Shown piece after piece: positions 1 through 15,000 of a stretch of DNA of 64,000 nt (its first letter is position 1; the number at the start of each line of letters is the position of its first letter). The DNA comes from Trichoplax sp. H2 (taxonomy: Eukaryota), in the NCBI GenBank assembly GCA_003344405.1, contig NOWV01000013.1, positions 186,001 to 250,000 on the forward strand, read 5' to 3'. A program made the translations under genes and the position numbers. The notes beneath the pieces are model-generated. The model was not told the origin of the DNA and ran no database searches. It worked only from the letters and a program-made list of their open reading frames with translations.

Positions 1-3000
1 AATGGAAACCATCTAACTTGATGATGGACAAGTCAATTAAATAATAATAAATATTGAATATTATTGATAATTATGTATTGGATGCATCAAAAGAGAGCTT
101 ACCGTTTTAATTTTGCCCCATTTCATTGATCCAATAATATTGTGGCATCTACTCTTTCAAATCAGACTGCCGATTAACTAACGCCTACGATGGTTGGCAA
201 CGATGATGACGTTGGGAGAGTAATTGAATTAATCAGTTAATCAAATTGATTGTGATCGAGAATGGTCGAGACAATACTATCTACTGATTACTCATTGCGT
301 GATCGGTAGAACTAAAGTCCAATTTACATAGAGGTAATAAAAAAAATAATATTTTGATACTAGCATTGACTTCTTCTTCTTCATTCAAAAATATCTTTCC
401 ATAGTCGCCCATCTTGACAAATCATCTTGGTTATCATTGATCAATAAGCATATCCCCCATCCTACGTTGATTCTGTATCAATGAGTGGATAATATCTTGT
501 TCATTTTAGTAGGGATATTCAATACAGTCGAGTAAGCTTAATTTAAATTAAATTATCCCCTTATCGATTGAATGTAAGTAGATTATTTCAATACAAGAAT
601 ACAATCCATTGACATCGCTCTATCTTGACCCCAAACTTTTAATCATTATTGTTCAATGCGCTATCAGTAACGGAAGAGTGTATTAAAAATATAAAGCAGT
701 TGTAATATTAATGCAGGAAGTTAATAAGCCGATTTTCCGCTTGATTAAGCATGCTATTTAAACTGACGTCATGGTTGTTATGAGATATAAAATATGGATT
801 AATTTTACCTATTCAAGTAATCAAGAGTTATTTAATATTGCAAATTATCAAGTTGAATCCCTTCATCGATTTTATCCCTTTAAAGTAAAAAAAAGAAATA
901 AAAATAAAATGACTCCTAACTCATGGCTAAAGCGTGGTTTCCTTATTCTATTAAATGGCTAATTAGCTATTTATAAAAATTGTAATATCCATTCTATTAG
1001 GATTTGAAAAGAGGAAAGAGTTTAATATTTAATGTTGACTCTGCTAGATACGATTACCGTTGTAATAACTATTCTGAAGTTGAACGCATATTCACTAACC
1101 TCTCCAACTTTTTTGAATAATATATTCAATTTTATTCTTATCTTACAATAAAACTCCATTTTACCTAAAAAACAATCAATTATCTTGCATTGCTTCCATC
1201 AGTTAATATTGTGAGGAGGAAAAAAGTTTTTCTCCTCTTTTTGTTTTGAATATTTTCAGTTATTATTTGTTTTGTCTAAGTTTGAAGAGCTAATAAATCA
1301 GCCCACGCTCCTCTTCATACTCTTGCTCTATTTACTATTGGATCTCATTGATTCAAGTAATGGAAAATCTCCTCCCTATACCATTCTATAAATCGATCAT
1401 CAATCCATTTGTTTGTATTTCTAATTTAAATGATATCGACATGTATTAAAGCACGAAAAGAGTTCTATTATTGTTTGGTAATAAAAATAAGGGGAAAAGC
1501 TTCTATCTAATCGATTAAATTATTGAAAGGTGAAGAAAAAAAATGGTGCAAACAGTAGAAGATTTCTTTGGGTTACAATCCATTACGATATATTCAAACT
1601 TAAGAATAAATTTATCATCACATATTCATTATTCATTTGATCATGAAGATTCTTGTCCTTCTTTATCATGTTGTTCACCAATAGATAGAGCAAGAATAGA
1701 AAAGATTAACAAGGTCCACTACGGGAGACACACTTAAAATATTGATCCAATGTCGTGATCAGCTTTGAAAAACAATTTGGACTTGCGTCTGCATGAAACT
1801 GATTCATACTATTATCCCATTCATTAACTGCATAATCGATAAGAATAGAAAACGCAATTTCTGATCCAATTGATTAATAGGGTTAGCTAATGCAGCTAAT
1901 TGAACTCAATTAATTTATGAAAATAAAGAAAAAAATAGTCAAATTGAGCTACTACCTAGAGATTATGTTATTTTTAATACTTGGAGAATAATTGATGGTT
2001 GCTTTCTCAGTATCGAAATTGAATAATTGTAAAGAGTCTTTTCGATATAAATTAGAAAACAAAAATATCTAATTAAGTATCTTTCAAAGTCCAAAATCAT
2101 CTTAATGAATTCTTGGGTTTCGATAGAAATCTAATTCAGCTTGATTAGGCGATGATCATTAATACAATCATTACATCATATATTTATGACGTATTGCAAA
2201 TAAAATAAACGATATCAATAGCTTATATTAAAAATTTAGCTGTAGATAGTAGCCTATATTATGGGTATCTATCTTTATTGAAGAATCAATCAACGTATGC
2301 TCTTCTTTTAACTCAATTATGTACTACGCAAACCGCAAAATTCCATTATTTTCTCATTGATTAAATGATGGAAAATACAATAATAATAATGGGCATGAGA
2401 AAGAAATAATATTTCAGATTAACGAGACAGTCGATGGTAGGAAAAAGATGGAATGCCATGAATTCATTTTTTACACCAACCCATTCTATTCCTTTTCTGT
2501 TTTTCTTAGCAAGATCAATAGATACGTATCAAGAAAAGAAATCAAGACAATCATGACGTGACTAAAATAATATTAAGCTATTTTTCTCGTTCACCCTCGT
2601 GGTGTATTCTCGACATTGCTCCTTTTTCCATATCTAGTCTAAATGAAATAAAAATGTATCGATCAGCTTAATTAAACGTCTGATTTTTAGCATTCTCAGC
2701 CTACTACTAAAGATACTTCCGATCCATGCAATTACAGTAATCATTTCTTCTTCGTTGTCTATAGAACGACCAGAACTCTTTGAATGTTGATACTGTTAGT
2801 CATAATTTGAAGACATTGACTTAACAATAACAATTTGGTAATTTGTTGTCGCGTTGAGAACTTCTATTTATGCATTATAGCATCCTAATTATCCTATCTC
2901 ATCACCTATTGAGAGGGAAACAAATTACCCATTCTGAGAATTTTTTAAGCTTAGTTGAAGAAAATAGTGACTAAAATAGATCAGTCTATATTTATTTGAA

Positions 3001-5921
3001 TACTGTCTCAAATATATAATGTTGATGTCGAGATTGAAAATCATCAAAGATATCCGAAGATTTATCGAAATTATAGGCAAACAATAACGCTACCGTAGTT
3101 GGCGATCAATTAATATTGACCGACAAATGCAAACTATTCAAGGAATAAATCATCTGTCGTCTAGCTTGTGTTTGTTGATCATGCAATAAAATCATTGAAT
3201 CATTAAGGTAAAGATTTTTAGTATCTTGACTATTGTCAGCATGATCGAAGTCAATGAAGATGCAAAAGTGATGATAAACTGTTGCATATCCTTCTATGCA
3301 TTTCTATCCATTGGTACAAGATCATTTTCATAAAAGGTACTTGTGCATGAACCAATATTATCATCAAAATGAGAATTGAACGAGAATAGTACAGCTTTGA
3401 TCGATGCTATTGGAATCAAGCTATCATCATCCATCATGATTGATTGATATATTGATGTTACCTCGCTTAATTCATACCGTAGGTATATCAAGGCTATGAT
3501 ATTAAATCAACAAATGATTAATCATTCAGATAAATTGAAATCAACATGGAAAAGTCTCTACTACGTCTATACGTTGAATAGGAAAATACCGCGACCACCA
3601 AGGGTTCTTTTTGCACCCGATTTAAATATCAACGCTTAAATGTTTTCTTTCTCCCCATTGTGTCTGTAGTCTTTTTTTATTTTTGTCCATTTACTATAAT
3701 TAGCATTCAAAAGTTAAAAAAGCACGATTGTATTGACTGTCAGTACAAGTTGAAAATATTCCCTTACTCAATGACAGTATCCCGCTATCGACGGTATTTT
3801 CCTATGAAAATTATCCAATTCATTTTTGAATCATCGGAAATGAAGAAAAGAATTTATTTACTTTTACACTTGCACACCTTACTTTCTCTCGTCTACCGTG
3901 ACCCTAATACGGAAACGATTACTATTAACTTAGTTGGAAATTCTACTGGTCAATTTCGATTATTTTTAGTTATCACCGTTCTTCCTTTTCTATATCCTAA
4001 AGTAGACAGGATATATGCAGAGAGAGAGACGACTAGATATCGATATCCCTCTTTCTCTTTATGTACTACTTTTAGAAAAAACAATTCTACTCTCTATCAG
4101 AAGTGTTCTGTTCCGTGCTATTCTTCTGTCTAGCAACGTGAACAATTCTCACCGATATGGAAGATGAAATCATTGATGCATGTCTCATGTAATCTTCCCT
4201 ATTCTCCAACTCGTTAAGATAGTATTGAATTGATTGTGAAAGCGTGAACAATAAGGTGGAAGGAAGAAAGAGACGAAAAATACTTCCAATAATGAATAGT
4301 CCAATTCCAGTTGGAGTGGAAAATGCATGTTTTTCCAATCACCTTGCATAAGCTAAGCAAATTGTTTAGCTGAAGAATGAAAAAAAGCGACAGAAAATAT
4401 TGATCAGACAGTGACTGACGATCAAAGTAGAAATAAAAGTAATAGAAAGTAGAATAGAAATCAATGATAGGATAGACAATCAGTAAAACAAGATGGTGGA
4501 AGTGATAATAGAGGATCAAGGATACTTCGCCTCTGTTTTCAATTATACGGGATATAAGGAATAGTTGTTTTCTCGACAAGGATAGGTGAAAGGTAGGTAA
4601 GGATCAAAATTATTCTTTATGTGAATCATTCAGTGAATACTGGATTTTAAACTACTTTTAAATGATTATTGTTATGGAATTTAAAAAATAAAATGGACTA
4701 TTGCTGTTCCACGCTGCATAGTAGGGAAGTTTCAGTTACTGGATTTTGCACTCAATAAATTCACTTCATTCTATTTCCTACATAAATGTCATCATAATCA
4801 AGTTATTATATCACTTGATGCGGATAAATATAAATATGGAAGTGGAATTGAGTCATTATTGGAGTTATTTTAATGAACTGGTGTGTATTCTTGATAATAT
4901 TGAATGATTACACCACGCATAAGGAATGGAATGAAAAGAATAATTAGCCCTTTAATCTAGTCAATACATGATGTTTTAACATGACGATAGAGTATTCAAA
5001 TCAAGTTGAAAGCATAAAACGTTAGCGCTTGTTGCGTAGACCAGTGATCGATTTTGCCTTGTATTCCAATCATTAGGGTGGAGAACTAATTAGTCAGTTC
5101 AAAAATAGAACTCGTCGCTATCATTCAATAGGTGAAAAGAGACGATAACCCCCCACTGCTAGAATTGAAGATGATATCGCTTATTTGGTCGATTGATCGA
5201 ATTAAAAGGAGTTCCAATAAGATTTTTCCCCCTTACCCCCCCCCCCTCTCTTGATGATTGATGACTAATGAATATTTTTATTTTGATATTCTTTCTGCTT
5301 TATTTTATCATCAACACTTTCCATACCGATCGTCGGTAGCTAATGATAATAATTTATTTCCTCGACTTTAATGCATTGATAGCAAGAGAGAGAGAAAAAA
5401 AACTCTTTCTCTATGTCACGCACTCACGCACATCGAGATAGGACACAAACTCTCTTTCCTCCATCAACAGTGTCGGTGGATCCTTGTTTCCTACTTTGCA
5501 TTAACTCCCACTCTCTCTCTCTCCTTCATTCTTTTTTTTTTTCTCCGTCATAACCCACTCAATGTGGATTTCAATAGTAATCCATTTCCAAGCACCATAG
5601 GAACTGTTTTAACGACTAACTTGTATTACCCACTGTTCAATGTGTTACAAAGTATTTGCTGTTAATGGATGACAGATTTGTAATATTACTGTTGTTAGAA
5701 TGTGAAGTCATGCTTGAATTTTTCCAGCCCCTCCATTGAATTACTAATAGAAATGAATGCCAACTATGAGTCAAATTGGTAATTACTCTAATGATTACAT
5801 AAATAATTAGATAGCCCGCCAAACATACCGCTGAAGATCAGAGGGAAATTAACTCATGTAAACAATCAATCAATATTGTTCATCAATATTAGGTCATACA
5901 ATGTATTGTGGAAGGCCACAC

Positions 5922-5930
5922 TATATAAAG
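5922..5930 (+). promoter_or_regulatory. Putative TATA box of the follistatin gene
   Basis: TATATAAAG preceded by CAAT repeats (~5863-5874) and GCCCGCC (~5814). A strong donor (tg|gtaagt, 6323) and an acceptor (ctag|, 7177) suggest a non-coding first exon. Confidence 0.5.
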
Positions 5931-7217
5931 AAGCGAGCTGGCCTTTCACGAATCATAAATCAACTCGTCGTTGGCAAAGAGCTAAGAACTCGTAGAATTC
6001 AAACTTGACTCGTCTCATTAGTTACCTTTAGTCGAAAGAGCAAAGGAATTGATCTCCATTTTGCTTGTGATTCTCCTCAACCCCACCTGCTGTGTTGAAA
6101 TTGTCATTTGGATCGTTCAAAATTCGATTCCTCCTACCTCATCTTGTCAAGTACCTATTGCAAGTCATTACTACTCCTGCCATTATCCTCCATTGCATTT
6201 TGGACCATTAACAAGAGGGGAAAAAAAAAAATTTTTTTTCTTGTTTTTTGACGGACTCATTGAGACAAGCCTTCTGTATCTCTCCACTGCATTATCATTG
6301 CAATTCTTCCTTTCTTCTTCTGGTAAGTTAAGTAGTAATCTCACGTTCATCAATAAGGTGAATAATTTGGAGGAAAATTGTATACAATCAATAGTCATCA
6401 GTTCAAGTTGGTCATCAATTTATTGTCTACTCGCCATTGACCGATACAATATAGTCAATAAAAATGATCGATCAACAGTTTCCCATACTTTCTCAATCTA
6501 TTGTGTTTTTCTTCTCCCTTCTTCTGTCGTTCATTGCAGTAAAGCTCCGTAGGCGCAGCGAGTTGTGCCTTACTATCATCATTTATTGGATAGGGCAAGG
6601 CCAATTGGCCATGCTGGTTTTATTCATCAATTCAATCTTGATTAGACTCCTCCCATGTCTAAAATCAGATTCTTTTTACGCTATCTTAGTCATTTTTTTT
6701 GTATTGATTCAAGATGCCAGCCTACTTGATTCGATGTTTTCTTATTATGATAATGATCAAATCTTGTAATATACAACATGATAAACTTGTTTTATCTTGA
6801 CTTATTATTAATGTCAATAAGTCGATTTGATCATCATCGTTCCGTTTCTTTCTGACTCATTCATCTTTTCTTTTTCAAATTTACAATGAATGGGATACAT
6901 CTATACCAACCTATATGTCTCTTTAACTTTTATAGTCAATAGATTACTCCATCTATTCGTCTGCTTTCTAATAATGACATGTTTAAATAATAGACAAAAT
7001 GATTTGAATTCTTGGAATAGAATACGCGTATTTTTAGACTACTGCTTCAAAAGTGCACAGGATATATGTATATATATACCCCATGCATAGTTGTTCTTTT
7101 CCTAGTCTACGTTTCCACGCCATTGCTATCCATTAGTCATTCATTGAACATTTTTAATGCTTGATTTTACAATCTAGATTTATAACTGATTGAATTATTA
7201 ACAAGATACCAAGCAAC

Positions 7218-10200
7218 ATGACGACCCAATTGAATTTATTCTTCGCAATGGTCATCATCTCCACCATCATGACTTCAATCCAAGGTAAGGACCCTTTTCA
7301 AAAGGGATATTTATCGACATGATGACTTGTTCAAAATACAGCGTACTGTCCAACTTGATCGATTCTCAGTAGTCAAAGAGAAACGTATAGATTAATCGAT
7401 TAAACCTGTTCCCCTTATTATTGCTATCATCATCTTTGGCGATCATCACCACAATGCCATGATGAAATTAAAATGATATCTGCTAGAAATAGATGTCTAC
7501 CTTCATTTCATGTAGTGCCAACTAGATTAATTTACCGGATGATGTTACTCATTAATTATGCTTACATTCATCTCCAGTAATATTCTATCATCTTTGACCA
7601 TCACAACAAGCCATTTAAAGAGTATATATCATACTACAAATTATCATATAGCACACTAGCAGTTGTGATGTTACAGTTATTAAATTACTAAAATGAATAA
7701 TTGAATTAATGGTAGCGAAGGTGGGTGTGACAAGAAAAACGTGAAAGTATTCATAACTCTCCATTTGAACAAATAAAACGCATTGATAATGTACTACTTT
7801 GCCCATCGTACTTGTTTAAGATAGAATATATAATTCCTTAGCACTAATTATCCACATCTAGTTGTACTATACATAATTGATGATGATGATGTTTAAAAGA
7901 AAAAAAATTTACATCACAAGTTCATGGTGTCAGCTAGCTTGTCTTAATCTAGTACATTATTTATAATATTTATAGGCTACAATATTTTATCGATAGCTAA
8001 TTTATAATTATTATTAATAGCTAAAGAATTTTATTTTCTACTCTTCAATAGCTTGAAGTAATTCATTTTTTTCATCCATAGCTAATTTGCAATTATTATT
8101 CATAGCTAGAGAATTTATTTTCTACTTATTTAATACCGCGACTTGAAGTAACGTAGTTTATAATTCTTGCTGTAAATGACCTACATCACATTATTTCTAA
8201 ACACTCGATAGTTGAATAACGATAATAATCATACTATCGGCTAAAACTATCGCTGTACTACATTAATAAGATAATTTAAAATAGGCAAAATATTGTATTA
8301 ACCAAATTGATCATCTTCTACAATAATAGCTGGATCATGTTGGGTGCAAGATGATAATGGGCTATGCCGACATTTAATCACCAGTGGTAAAGCTGTCACA
8401 CGTCAATCCTGTTGTAATGATGGCAACCCAAATACTGGCTATAGAGAAGGAGACTTAGCATCGGAACAAAAGTGGGAAATATCGATTGGAATGCCACTCT
8501 CTGTCATATGTTCACCATGTCACCGTAAGTCCACATTCTCTATTGTACTTAATTAGGTCAAAATAGTGCATTCATAAATTAATTGCCTTACCTCATGATG
8601 GAAGTCATGGTGCACTTTAGTACTAGGTGATGATGACCGTAGAATAGGATAATTATTATTATGCTTATTCCAATAGATGCAATAGCCTCTAGTGCATGCT
8701 TCTTCATTAGCTTTAAAGTAACGAGTTCATCCTATTTCCAGTAGTTGCAAAGAAACTTCTCTTAACACGTGTATGACAATAATGACTCATCGACAAGTTC
8801 AGACAAGGACAATGAATTCAATAATTATTAGCAGAATTTTATTCAATGATGCAGTCAATTAGTTTTATTATTTTCTTAAATTACTCCGATTAAACAAGTA
8901 TATCTAGTTGTAGTACATATATATGCAATACATTTAAAATACGATCGATCAGGCTTCAATATATCGTCTATTTGAATTCAAGAAGGAATATGATAAAACT
9001 CTCCTACATCTTTTTAATATCTCTATATCATGATTCGATGCATTAAAATGAATTTCTTTATTAATAGAAAATTGCTCCAAAGTCACATGCGAGACTGGAC
9101 AACAATGTCAAATGATCAATGGAGCACCCAAATGTGTTTGTAAACCTGATTGCTCAGATATTAAATATCATGGACCTGTTTGTGCACATCATGAGGAAAA
9201 AGGGTTTGTAACTTATCCCAATATATGTGCTATGAGAAGAGATTCTTGCACCAATCGCCGTGAAATAACAATTTTGTATCATGGAATTTGTTTAGGTAAG
9301 CTACAATCGTATTGAATTTTTCAACCTATTCATTGAATTGTTCTATGTAGGGAGAAATGACACGAATTCATTTTGATCAATGTTTCATTCAGCTCTTATA
9401 AATTATTACTCATTATTTTTTGAATCGATTTTTTTCTCATAGATTCTTGCGAATTTATCCGTTGCTCTCCCAATGAAATGTGTTATCCTAAGACAAGCTT
9501 TACGCCTAAAGCAATGTGTGTCTCCTGTAAAATCAATCCCAAATGTCCAAAAGATCACTCTGCTAATGAGCATGTTTGTGGCACTGATGGTCGCACTTAT
9601 GTTAACGAATGTGCATTAAGGAAAGTCATTTGCAGAAGAGGTGTAGAAGTTCAAGTTGCTTACAAAGGAAAATGCCACAGTAAGTATTTTATCCTAATAA
9701 TATCATGTGGCCAAATATTTACTTAACTACTTGTACAAAGGGGAAATTTTATCCTTCTAGTCAGACTAGTACTGGTACTGATAAATGAGTGGATATTAAA
9801 ACTAATAATTTGTTTATGGACTATTATTATCTCTATGTCAAGCATCTAAGTTATAGTTTCATCAAATTTGTTCACACAAAGTCTTATATGATGAATTTGT
9901 ATCTTGATAGGATCGAATACATGCCAAAATATACAATGTAGTGATGGCAAAGTTTGTTTAACCGATCCAAAGACCAATAGCCCCCGCTGCAGTACTTGTT
10001 CAAATCTTCCATGCAATGTCTCTCTCAATCATCCAATTTGTGGCAACAATGGTAAAACTTATAAAAACTGGTGTATTATGCATCAGCATTCCTGCCAAAC
10101 TAAAACATTCATTAAATCACAATATAACGGCTCTTGTAAAGGTAAATACCAATAGCTGAATCAATTACTTGTCATCAATCAGTCAACATCTATTTTCTAA

Positions 10201-10373
10201 CAGATTATTTTTCAATGATAGAAAATGATGCCCACTATCGATCATTGAAAGATTCATTAGTCAGCCAAGATGAAAACTCCCCAGATAATTCCAAAATAGG
10301 AGGTGATATTGGTGTCAGCGATACTACTCCATTACCTGCTCCAATCACCGCTAGCGCTGATGGCGAAGAATAA
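7218..10373 (+). CDS. FST: Follistatin (activin/BMP antagonist), 6 coding exons
   Basis: Exons 7218-7284 (signal peptide MTTQLNLFFAMVIISTIMTSIQ), 8330-8524 (N-domain AGSCWVQDDNGLC...CC), 9068-9295, 9443-9679, 9911-10141 (three EGF/Kazal follistatin domains, e.g. VCGTDGRTYVNECALRKVIC), 10222-10373 (acidic tail ...ADGEE*). All introns are GT-AG, phase 1 and in frame. Confidence 0.93.
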
Positions 10374-11519
10374 AAAAGAATAGACCGTAATAGCTGCACA
10401 CTTAGCTGACGTAAAATTACTATTTCATTTCCCCTCCCGATAATATGATTATTCTTAAGAAGAATTTATCAATAGTAATATAAAATAATTTCAATTTAGA
10501 GTCTATGTGTAGCTGTTTATTATATTGTATCTGTAATTATAATGCAAATAATTAGAAATACTCATAATTAACACTAAATTTGTGAACATGATCATTCCAC
10601 TTCATATTTCATCAAATGTTGTTGTGGATGATTGAAAGTGTAGCAGTTGCAAGAGACTTTCACTTGCCTTATTTATTTTAATTAGAATGGAAAATGTAGC
10701 ACTTCTATTAATCATTCGTAGGCTAAAGTATTTATCTATCTACTAGTAAATTGACTATGCCTACGTAAAAGTAGACCAATATTAACTAGGGCCAATAGTA
10801 GATCAATTATTCAATTGTAATCAGATATTAGCGGTATAGCTTGGATAGCTATACAAAAGAGTATGATATACTCGACTAGAATTTACATTTTCATGGCATT
10901 ATCCAATGTAAACGACAAATATCGGTCGCTAAATTTCAATTTTAGAATGCTATCTAAAATTAAAACAAATTATCATTGTCACAATCATTTCAATATCACC
11001 TAGGACCACCTTGCATTTGTTCATGCAAGTTATCCAATGATTAATTATTTCCTTACTATTGTCATTATAAAAATTATACTGTATGAAGATATGGTATTAT
11101 AGCCATGACTAGCTTACGCCCTATCATTACGTTTATAAGAGAATCTGTGCGCTGAGTCATTGTTATTCTAATTCCTATTTTAATAACATTCCGATGATAT
11201 GAAGAACTGAAAGTTGTTAAATTAATGTATACTACATACTATCCAATATAATTAATTACTCTGTATTTGTGCTAGCTTCTTTCGTCGAAAGATGTACTTA
11301 GATGCCGTTACTTGTTCATTTAATAATAATATATGTTAGCATCGTCTCTAATGTCTGTAGTAATATCTCCAATGTTATCGTATTCCTCTAAGACGATGAA
11401 ATTAGTCAATAAATCAGCGCGTCTATTATTAACTCATAATTTGGTCTTATGTTCGCTTTTACTGTGCATACAACCTTCAATCAATGCTGATGATGATCAA
11501 TAGCATGACTATAACAATT

Positions 11520-12030
11520 ATTACTTTTCCTAAAAGATGATATCATTTAATAGTTGATCAAATCATCGATCATAATATACTGCTAGTATATCATCAGCAT
11601 GATGATTGTTGTGACGATTGATAGCTTTACTATAATAAAATATAACTTAAGGTTTTTCTAGAAAACATTGCATTAGTAAGATTGATCAAAGCATCGATCA
11701 TGATCCTAATATAGTAGTAGTATATCATTAATATCACTAGCTTTAGCATATTAAATATTGCTTTTCAGAATATTTCTTCAGTAAGGTTGATTAAATCATC
11801 GAGCATGATCCTAATATAGTGGTAGCATATCATTAATATGAGGATTGCTGTAATGATTAATAGCTTTACTATAGATATCAAATATCACTTTTCCTAAAGA
11901 ATATTTCAATAGTAAAACTTTTCCTCGATAACATTAGTAATGTTAATCAAATCATCTTTTACGACCCTGATTCTAATATCGTACTAGTATACCATTAATA
12001 TAATGGTTACAGTCGCCTAGATTAATAGCT
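11520..12030. repeat. Degenerate tandem repeat, ~110-130 bp, about 4 copies
   Basis: Recurring ttgatcaaatcatcgatcat...tagtatatcattaat...atagctttacta blocks. Confidence 0.6.
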
Positions 12031-15000
12031 AGAGTAATCCAACATTAAATCAATTCATCTAGCCTGAAACACGGTAATGCTATTACTTTATCAAGGAATC
12101 GCTATCGTGACTAAAGCTGAAGTGGACCCTCACTAATAGTATCACTCGAATAGTAGTTAAAATATTTATCTACGTTATCCGTAAAGCGCAATGTGATATT
12201 GTAAGATATTCGAATAAAACTTCATCAATTTATGTTCTAGACTTTGTACTTTGTTAACTACAATGCTATACGATTTTATTTTCTATAATTTTGATTGACT
12301 TATTTTATGTTGATTGTATTTATTAATATGCAGAATATCAGTATTACTTTGTGATCACAACTATAATTTAACCGACATAAATTTGAATTGGATAGCAGTC
12401 ATAGCACCCTATCATGGTAGAAATAAACTATTCTTACTTTAGCTCAAATATGTATCGGGAATTTTAAAACATGTTTTAATCAGTATCATTATCTTAAACA
12501 TACGGAAGTCGACCAATAGTAGTCATATACAACAGTAATGCTTCATTTTATCGTCGATTACTGCCAATTGAGAGAATGAAATAACATAAATAATTTTTGT
12601 TTGTTACGGTTGATAAAGATTTCTAGAATTCGTTAATTAAGATGACATTTAAGGAGTTTTATATTCGAAATATGGGAATGATGAGATCGATTTTGAAATT
12701 TTTATAACCTTGCTACTGCCAGTAAGTATCATAGACAAAATTGTTTCCTATGTTAACCCGGAATTGCAAGAATTTATTCAAGATTTGGATGTACAATGAT
12801 TTGTATATTTCATTCAAAATGTAGATATTTAAGAGCAGAAATTAGCATTTTGATGCTAAACCGGCCTTTACAAGAGATTCTAAGCATGCTATTTTTGCTA
12901 GCCTACAAATGGAACAAAATGGTGCAATATTCTTTTAGCTGAAAATTTTTAACTAATATTCATTTCTATAGGTTAGTGCTGTAGGATTGATCAATTTTGT
13001 TTTATAATAAAGATATCTGAACAAAGTTAATATCGCTGATATTAACTCATTACAATCAACAGAAACAACATTAACTTAATTGTTTAACTAATATCGAAAA
13101 TAAATACTATGCAATCGATTCCGGTTAAAATTGGAAGCAAATGACAATCACTTCATAACTTATTCAATTATAGTAATCAGTATTTTTACTTAAAAAGGAT
13201 TAAGGTAACCTCGATTTAAATCTCTTCATGCATGGGTGCTATTATAACGATTGTCGAATATCGTCACAATAAATAAAAATAACAAAACGATACTTTCATT
13301 TTATTATGCTATTTTTTCGCATGAATGAGCTTGAATATGATGTATAAAAATAACTGTAGCTTAACATTTAGAATAAATGTACAAAGCTAATTGAATGGAT
13401 TGACGGTACATAGTAGTAATAATGCAACAATAATATCGGAGGATGGACTATTCTTTAAAAATTGATTGTAAAAACTATAAGTAGAAGTAAGAATACCGGC
13501 ATATCTACTTCTAGTTATGTGCATCAAATTAGGGCTTAAAATTTCTTTGTTAAAAGATTGGAGGCGGAAGGAAAACAAGTTGAAAGGTAAAGATATTAAT
13601 AGGAAATCATATCTAGCAAAAGAATGTATTGATAATCTGTCATCTTCTCTTTACAGTAAGTAGTATTGTATGAACTAGCCCTACTTACCGGATAATCTTG
13701 CCCACCTTATTTTTACTTCATGAAATTAAGTGAATCTGAAGAAAATCCCCCTCTTGCCTTGAAAGATGTACGAAGTACTTTTGACATAGAAGAGTGCATG
13801 CATTTTGATAGTATCGATCATAATTATTTTTATATCAATCAGCGGTATGAAATAAACCATAAAGTATGCGGTATTTAGTCTCGATATAAGTGCATTACGG
13901 TATACGTACATTGAATTTATGTTGTTATGTTCATGAATGCTAAACAAGAGCTATATCATGAAAATCAGTGCTAGTAATTTCTGGTTCCAATTCCGGAACC
14001 AGAATTACTGTAAAGTGTTACAAAGAGAACGGCGGTTGCTGGCAACTCTTAATCGGAAATTGTCACTAAAGTTTATCCAGCATACTTGCATATTGTCAGT
14101 TATCTCTAGAGCTTATAATATTATTGCATAATGCATACAGAAAGGTTAAAAAGAAGATATATCCGTCGGTATCGCATTAAGGTAAAGTGGCTATAAAAGG
14201 TAATCAAAATTGCTACACCCAATGTCATTATTCGGCAGAGTTTGAATCATTGTTAAGCACCAATAAGAAATAAGTATCCGTCTATAATGTAATCTCAAAA
14301 TTGTTCGTGTTTGTCGGTAACTTTATACGATTATGAATTGCAATAGGCGGAAGAACTACGGTAATTTATATGGTAAATGGGCAAAGTAAACAAGAAGTCA
14401 TAATTCTAGCCATTCTATAAATATTCCTTTTACACATCCAGCAACGTATATTTTATCTTGGCTTATTTAAATACCGACTCTAATTGCTTGCGTACATATC
14501 CTTTAATTTATTAATAGTAATCTGTTAATATTTTTGTAAACTTTCTTATGGCGTCTTACTGTAAGATGGTTTAACAATTAGTATATTGATAGTGAATTAC
14601 TCTATACTACTTCTTACGATTAATTGCATCTTGTACTAATAGATGTGCAAGAGACTTTGATAAGTATTAATGTAATCTATATGTAAATGGAAATACATTG
14701 AACAGATTTTAAAGGTTGAATATACTTGAAAATATATGGTTCAACAGATATTATCTAGAGTAATTATTGGGGTGGAGCACCGTAATATTTAATTTTAGAT
14801 AACTGTGTTATCGAAAAGATAAAACCACGCAAATCTTTTCGCTATAAATATCATCATAAAGTTTCGTTTTAGGATAGAATAATAGCAGCAAATGGGATTG
14901 AGCGCTTTAAAGTTTTAATTTTAGGTAGCTAAGCTATTGAAGGGACATTGATCACGCAAATTATTTTGATATAAATATTATCATAAAGCTTTATTTTTAG

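Noticed and set aside
3294-7090. ORF-track ORFs upstream of follistatin (up to 167 aa)
   Set aside because: Low-complexity F/L/I/S translations typical of AT-rich non-coding DNA; no motifs or consistent splice structure.
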